Of a stretch of DNA of 64,000 nt, positions 58,266-64,000 are shown piece by piece. Origin of the DNA: Blepharisma stoltei ATCC 30299 (lineage: Eukaryota; Protista; Ciliophora); contig CBFDEM010000039.1 in NCBI GenBank assembly GCA_965603825.1, positions 186,001-250,000 of the forward strand. The letters are read 5' to 3'. Position 1 is the first letter of the stretch. The number at the start of each line of letters is the position of its first letter. The notes under the pieces were generated by a model. It was not told the origin of the DNA. It saw only the letters and a program-made list of their open reading frames with translations, and searched no databases. Both the position numbers and the translations under genes were made by a program.

Positions 58266-59331
58266 TTTAAAATATGTCTAGATGTCAGCATGAATTTACA
58301 AATAAAGCTTATGAATAAATTTAAATGCTATTCTTTTTTAAGATTATGCTATCAAGAATAGTTATGTGTTGAGATATGCAAAGTATGGTTTATTAAAGCT
58401 ATTTTTTAAATTTTTCATATGTCAGAGCATATTTTTTACACTATGTGAGAGCTTATAACACATCAACAAACTATAAAATTAATAAGAAAGCTATGTATTT
58501 GTATCTAATAACTTATGATATTTTTATTCGAGCCATTTAAATATTTGGGATGCAATTTATCCAGTAAGCAGATCAGCTTTTTATTTGGGTCTCGTTGTAG
58601 ACTTGCCAATATCCATTATCAGCTACTTATTTTCATATTATTCTAAATCATATATAGTTTGCTTGCAAACAATGATTTCACTGCAAGTGATTCTAAGTGC
58701 TTTGCGAAAACTTTTATTTCATGCAAATATATATTTCGAAGCACTCCAGATAATTTAAATTATTTCTATTTTTCGATGAATTTGAAACTTTATGTGAATC
58801 CCAGAGTAAGGGCATATATTAAAATTTGCCTAAATATTAAATTAGATTATTTGAATCACATTAAATGGGATGCTGCAAACTTGATATGATTGAGGATGAG
58901 CTAAAAGTATCTATTGAAAAGGGAGGTATCAAGATTGATTATAAGATTATACGAAGAATCATTTACATAAGAATTTATTAAAGATCCCTTTGGCACATTA
59001 AAGAATGTAACGAAAGTCCTACAATTTAATTGAGATCCTTCTGTTTAGTTATAAGTCGAAATGCTAATATATATTAAAGTTTTCTAATTATTTATTTAAA
59101 AAATGCTTAATTTTCCAAAAAATAAAACCTCCAAAGAACGACCAAGCCTTAAATAGCTTTTCTTGAAGACTCAAGAATTTTAATTCGACATTTTTGAACT
59201 GCGAAATAAATCAATATAAATAATTAAGAAAATACAGAAAATGAATTGATAAAATATTGAAATCTTATATTTTATTATTCATCAATCAAAAGCTATCTGC
59301 TTTCTCTTTAAATAATAAACTTACAGTAAAT

Positions 59332-60486
59332 ATGAGTTATAAAACTGCTCATGATAGCTCATATTTCACAGTGATTCACCCTCAACTAAATACAGTAAAT
59401 CCCATATAGATGCCAGGCGAGCAAAAAACTGGACTCAGACGATTTAATATTCATAAAAATATAGAGAGTGAGCCATATTTGTATACTTCACCTTCTCTTC
59501 ACAGGTTTCAGCCATTTCGCAAGCTTGAGCCATTGGATAACAGTTCCTCTCCTAGCCCCACAACTCATCATTCTAAATCCCGATCGCTTTCAACAGTCCG
59601 GCCTTTCCCTCAAATTGATGTGATTAACGGTAAACTATATGAATCCCAATTAAACCAATCCTATGAATTTGATAGAATAAACAAGTCATTTGATGAAACA
59701 ACCCAAAGAAAGAATAAATCCGAAGTATATGAAGAAGAAATAAGAAGCTTGAAAGAAAAAATAAAGAAAAAAGAAGAAGAATTTTTTTTGATAAAAAGAT
59801 CTGCTTCAGGGTTCAGAAACCCTTATCATATTAATTCATATGAGAAAAGTCTTTATGATTTAAATAGAAACTCTTATCAAAAAGAAGAAATAAATAAAAG
59901 CCTTGACTACCAAATGGGGATAAGACAGAAAAGAAAGGAGCTTGAGCTGTGGGAAAAAGATAGGGAAAAATCGAGGAGGTTTGAAGATATGAAAATTTTG
60001 AATGAAATTGAAATGAGAAAAAGAATTGATGAAATGATCAAAAAAAAAATGTATAGCCAAGAATTAAATAATCAAGAATTGCAAAATGGGATAAACAAGG
60101 AGAGCAAGAACTTATACTCTTTTAATAAGAAATCTATCGACCCTTCGAGTGAATATTTGGCAAATGCAATGAATTTTCCACGGCATACTAAGAAAACTGC
60201 AAAAACAATTTGCTATAATCCGATAACCAATGTGATACAGGATACTTCTGATTTTCTGTTTGACCAGCCTACTTTGAATGCGCAATATCGAGTTAGCGCA
60301 TTACCAAACGAGAAAGGTAAACCATCAGGCATTTTCAATAAGCCTGCACTTTACAACCCACTTTATACTAAACTAAACCCAAAGATTTCACCGACATATC
60401 CAATTACAGGTTATATATATCAACCGGCCATTAATCAAGATTTTGCAATAAGTGCCTCAAAGTTTTTTGGGTGTGACTCTAGTTAA
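59332..60486 (+). CDS. Hypothetical protein with coiled coil and YNPI-type motifs (one 15-nt intron)
   Basis: A 21-codon first exon from ATG 59332 joins ORF 59410-60486 via intron 59395-59409. Confidence 0.75.
59395..59409 (+). other. 15-nt intron GTAAATCCCATATAG
   Basis: Matches the intron consensus (A at position 10, TAG end) and links an upstream in-frame ATG exon. Confidence 0.78.
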
Positions 60487-60646
60487 TTTAATGATAATTA
60501 ATCGTTTTTAAATAATTAAAAGTACTGCCAATTAGTATTTGCGGTTATTATTTTGAAAATCAAATTTATATAGGAGTATTTAAGATATTTTAATTTAATT
60601 AATTTTTCAACCTAAGTTGGTCTTTATCTTAAATTATTAAGACGAA

Positions 60647-61906
60647 TTAAGCAGTGTCCTTCCAAATTCGACATGTATTATCTTTTGATCCTGTTATAAT
60701 TGTATCCCCTTCATAATTAAACGCACAAGAAAAAATCTCATCAGTATGCCCCTCAAGTGTTTGTAAGCATTCTCCAGTTTCAGAATCCCAAATTCTACAA
60801 GTTCTATCATTGCTTGCTGTAATTATCTTTGTCCCTTGAGGATTAAACGACACTTTTGAAATTTCCATTTCATGGCCTACTAAAATGCCTACGCAAGCAT
60901 TAGTTAAAACATTATAGACTCTTGCATAAGTATCTCCTGAAGCTGTTACAAGTTTGGTCCCTGTTGAATTAAAGGCTACATCAAGCACTTCATTAGTATG
61001 TCCTCTCAAAGTTTCTATGCATTTTCCACTATTCACATCCCACAGCTTGCATGTATGATCAATTGACCCAGTGGCTGCAAAATCTCCTGAAAAATCAAAC
61101 TGCGCATTAGATATTTCTCCAGAATGGCCTTCAAGCACCCTAATGCACAACCCAGTTCGTGTATCCCATATTCTTGACGTAAAATCAAAAGACCCAGTCA
61201 ATACTTTATCCCCATCAGTGTTAAACATGATGCTGACGATTTCTCCAGTATGCCCCGCAAATGAGCAAACTTGTTGGCCTGTTTCAACGTCCCAAACTGA
61301 TGCAGTTTGGTCCATTGACCCAGTAGCAAATAGGAATCCATTAGTATCAAAGCTAAGACAGACTATTTCTTTTTGGTGGCCTCTTAATGTATATAAACAT
61401 TCGCCAGTGTTGGTGTCTCATAGCTTTGCAGTTCTGTCAAAAGACCCAGTTGCAACTCTGTCTCCATATGGATTATTGAATGCAATTGCATATACGACGT
61501 TTTTGTGCCCTTCTAAACTATGAAGCTCTTGGCCTGTTGTAGTATCCCACACTTTACAAGTTCGATCATATGAACCTGTAATGAATCTGTCGCCTGATTT
61601 ATTGAAGGCGCAATTGGTTAGAGGAAGAATATGGGCTTTTAAGGTTTTAAAGAGCTCGAAACGCTGATTTTTGTTGGTTTGCAGTTTTTCAATAAGTTTC
61701 AGGATTAGCTTTCTCAGCTGAGGTTTCCGCGACTGAGAGATAGCGGGCTCTTCAAGAAGGATTTGGTCAACTAAGGCATCTACATCTGTTTGTGGGTTCA
61801 AATTCAAGAGATCTATGTATTTGCTTTCTCCTTGGCCATTTGATCGAATATATTCAAGTATGATTCCAGGTGGGTAGTATCTTAATAGAAATTTTTTAAG
61901 CTTCAT
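60647..61906 (-). CDS. DAW1: Dynein assembly factor with WD repeats 1 (ODA16/WDR69; 419 aa)
   Basis: [46 protein letters not shown]; TGA 61418 falls at a WD Trp (TAKL-W-D). Confidence 0.96.
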
Positions 61907-62049
61907 AATTTTTATTCAATAAAACAGCAAAAATTGAAATTAAGCATGAAAAATCATTACCCATTGTAAACTAAGCTTTAATACGAATTTCCATATTTAG
62001 AGAACGCCTATTGATGATGGCACATCTTTATTAGAGCCAATATAAAAAT

Positions 62050-62190
62050 ATGGACGCAGATACTAAAAAGCAGTTGTTAGTTGGAGCTGTAGGTTTTGTA
62101 CTAGGAGTTGCTGCATTCAAGCTATGGTCTAAAGTTTGCCCATGCACAGGAAAGAAGGAATGCTGCAAGCCAGAAGAAAAGAAAGCTTAA
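62050..62190 (+). CDS. 46-aa single-pass membrane microprotein with Cys-rich tail
   Basis: MDADTKKQLLVGAVGFVLGVAAFKLWSKVCPCTGKKECCKPEEKKA-TAA; more GC-rich than its flanks; A-rich start context. Confidence 0.7.
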   Translation: MDADTKKQLLVGAVGFVLGVAAFKLWSKVCPCTGKKECCKPEEKKA

Positions 62191-62828
62191 CTAATTTATT
62201 AGAATATTCTATTAATCGATTATGAAGATATTTCGCAATCGTCTTCGTCAATATTTATGGTAAAGTATATCTGAAAATTGGTAATAAAGCTTTAAAATCA
62301 TAAAAAATAAGATATTGTAACCAGTGAACAAATAATCCAAAATTAATCACAGAATAAGATGATTCATATAAGCTTATAGTCGGTATTCCAGATATGACTT
62401 AGAATATGATGAATTCTCATAATAGCAGCTTTTGAACTTGAAGACAGCTGATATTTTTGCAAAATGTGTAACTTGATTGCAAGAGCTTACAATAAATGCA
62501 ATGGAGTGATGATATTTAATTAATTAGTTGAAAGATAAATTCTTTAAATAATATTTAATCTTAGTGCTTTTTCAGATGTGCTGAACAAAAATATAAAGCA
62601 GAAACATATAAAGGTAGATGTGATCAAGATTTGTCAAAAGAAGAAATATGGCCAAAACTCTGAGTATTTTATAAGATAAGATCTAGCAGTAAAACTAAAG
62701 ATAAACAAATATATTGAATACAAAAAATAGAAATAATTAAAACCCTAATGTTCAGGCTTATCAATCAATTGCTTATAGATTTCTTAAAAAGTTCGGGCAT
62801 TTTTATATAAATTGTGTATGGATTATTT

Positions 62829-63638
62829 TTAGAGTAAAAAGAAATCATCCTTTTCCACAGGGATAATTTTCACAGTATCCTCTTCTTCCTCTGCAAATCT
62901 TGACGACTTAGCTTTTTTATTTGAAAGCTCATTTTTACTTTTATTTTTCCTTTTCAAAGGAATTCTTTCCTCTTTGACCTCTTCAAATTTCTTCTGCTTT
63001 ATTACTTTGGGTTCTTTTTCCTTTTTCTCTGTATTTACCTTAGGCTCATTAATTCGCAATTTTTTCCCATCATCATGCTTTTTAATAGGTTCCTTTGATT
63101 TTTCTTCTTTAATATTTTTCTTTATTTCTCTTTTTATGTCTTCCTTGATTTTAGGGGCATCAACTCTTAGCTCTTCTTCTAAATGCATAAGCTTTTTCTT
63201 TTGCTTCTTCTCAATGATTTTATTTATATGCTTTCTCATTATAATTCGTTCTTTCTCTGAGTTTTCAGAACTCTCTGCAAAGAGTGAGACATATTTCTTA
63301 TTGATTGGGTAGTATTTAATGTAGTTTAAGTCATCCATTAATGATCTTTTTTGCTGGAGAAGATCTTCGTTTTCTCCTTGCTCTTCGATTTCCTTATTGA
63401 TTTTTTTGAGTTTTCTGCCAACCTTTTTTTGTTCTAAATAATGCTTACCAAAAAATCTTATGGTCTTGTATTTTCCCCAAATATTTGCATTTTTCAAGCC
63501 GAGACCTTTAAGAATTTTAAGCTCTGCCAGCTTTTCTTGTTTTTGTGCCAGCTCTTCTTGGTTCGTTGTGTTTTCAATGGATCTCTTCAAATCACGGATT
63601 TTCTGCTTTAAAGATTTCTTCCTTTCTGTCTCTTTCAT
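62829..63638 (-). CDS. EFG1: rRNA-processing protein EFG1-like (one in-frame 15-nt intron)
   Basis: SLKQKIRDLKR, KYKTIRFF(E)QKK after splicing, DLNYIKYYPINKKYVSLF, C-terminal DDFF. Confidence 0.85.
   Translation of the reverse strand: MKETERKKSLKQKIRDLKRSIENTTNQEELAQKQEKLAELKILKGLGLKNANIWGKYKTIRFFGKHYLEQKKVGRKLKKINKEIEEQGENEDLLQQKRSLMDDLNYIKYYPINKKYVSLFAESSENSEKERIIMRKHINKIIEKKQKKKLMHLEEELRVDAPKIKEDIKREIKKNIKEEKSKEPIKKHDDGKKLRINEPKVNTEKKEKEPKVIKQKKFEEVKEERIPLKRKNKSKNELSNKKAKSSRFAEEEEDTVKIIPVEKDDFFLL
63434..63448 (-). other. 15-nt stop-free intron GTAAGCATTATTTAG
   Basis: Removal converts RFFGKHYLEQKK to the family-like RFFEQKK. Confidence 0.85.
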
Positions 63639-64000
63639 TTTATTCCATAATTTTACATTAAAAAACTTAATTACTTGAGCATGAAATTTACTTATAATAT
63701 TTTTAATTTAGATGTACCCAAATAAATTGATTTTCATGTATATTGGTATAACTATTTTTGATAATTTCTTATTTCATCCAATACGCGGAAATGTGTAAAA
63801 TAATTCTGTATGAGGAGCCAATCAATGATGCAGGCTCCACACTCAATATGAAACTATTGCAAAAGATTATAGTATTTCTAAACAGTTTAATTAGATTTAT
63901 AAGCATTTCACTAATTTTATTCAAGCCTCACCATTTTATTGCTTTTACCTTTACCATATGAGCGGCTTGTAAAAATTAATGGCTAGCCCTGACGAAGTCA

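Noticed and set aside
58907-58921. Candidate 15-nt intron GTATCTATTGAAAAG
   Set aside because: It has G rather than A at position 10, ends AAG, and its removal rescues nothing.
62191-62828. Possible gene remnant or retained IES in the intergenic gap
   Set aside because: No convincing frame even with TGA=Trp, and no inverted repeats or transposase similarity were seen.
63979-64000. Possible gene start (ATG GCT AGC CCT GAC GAA GTC) at the window end
   Set aside because: Only 7 codons are visible, too few to support a call.

Overview
Gene-dense, AT-rich eukaryotic DNA, most likely macronuclear DNA of a heterotrich ciliate of the Blepharisma type (inference). Two things seen directly in the sequence support this. 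First, TGA is read as Trp: it sits at invariant Trp positions (MsrA GCY-TGA-G, P4-ATPase GIKF-TGA-LMSG, EML LG-TGA-SVQ, MORN YEGE-TGA), and genes end in TAA/TAG. Second, ten ultra-short GTA...AG introns are present (nine of 15 nt, one of 17 nt). The supplied standard-code ORF track therefore fragments many genes. Re-reading with TGA=Trp and the tiny introns gives about 40 protein genes and one tRNA-Ala(AGC). Recognisable genes include a 2168-aa P4-ATPase/guanylyl cyclase fusion, a 2221-aa EF-hand/EML5-6-like protein, a NEK kinase, NTF2, a CorA-like transporter, MsrA, two mitochondrial carriers, a FLVCR-like MFS transporter, TPX2, a STIL-like protein, an ODAD1/CCDC63-like protein, DAW1, a CNBD K+ channel, a SAPS/PPP6R protein, MRPL47 and EFG1. 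The most notable items are: an intact pyruvate-kinase homologue that has lost its catalytic and metal-binding residues but keeps the effector loop, lying head-to-head with the guanylyl cyclase; an array of RRxS sites in the cyclase linker; a putatively myristoylated EF-hand module fused to the EML protein; a head-to-head pair of Cys/His-finger coiled-coil proteins with different repeat domains; and unannotated microproteins. No mobile element, CRISPR array or rRNA was found. All calls come from reading motifs by eye; no searches were run.
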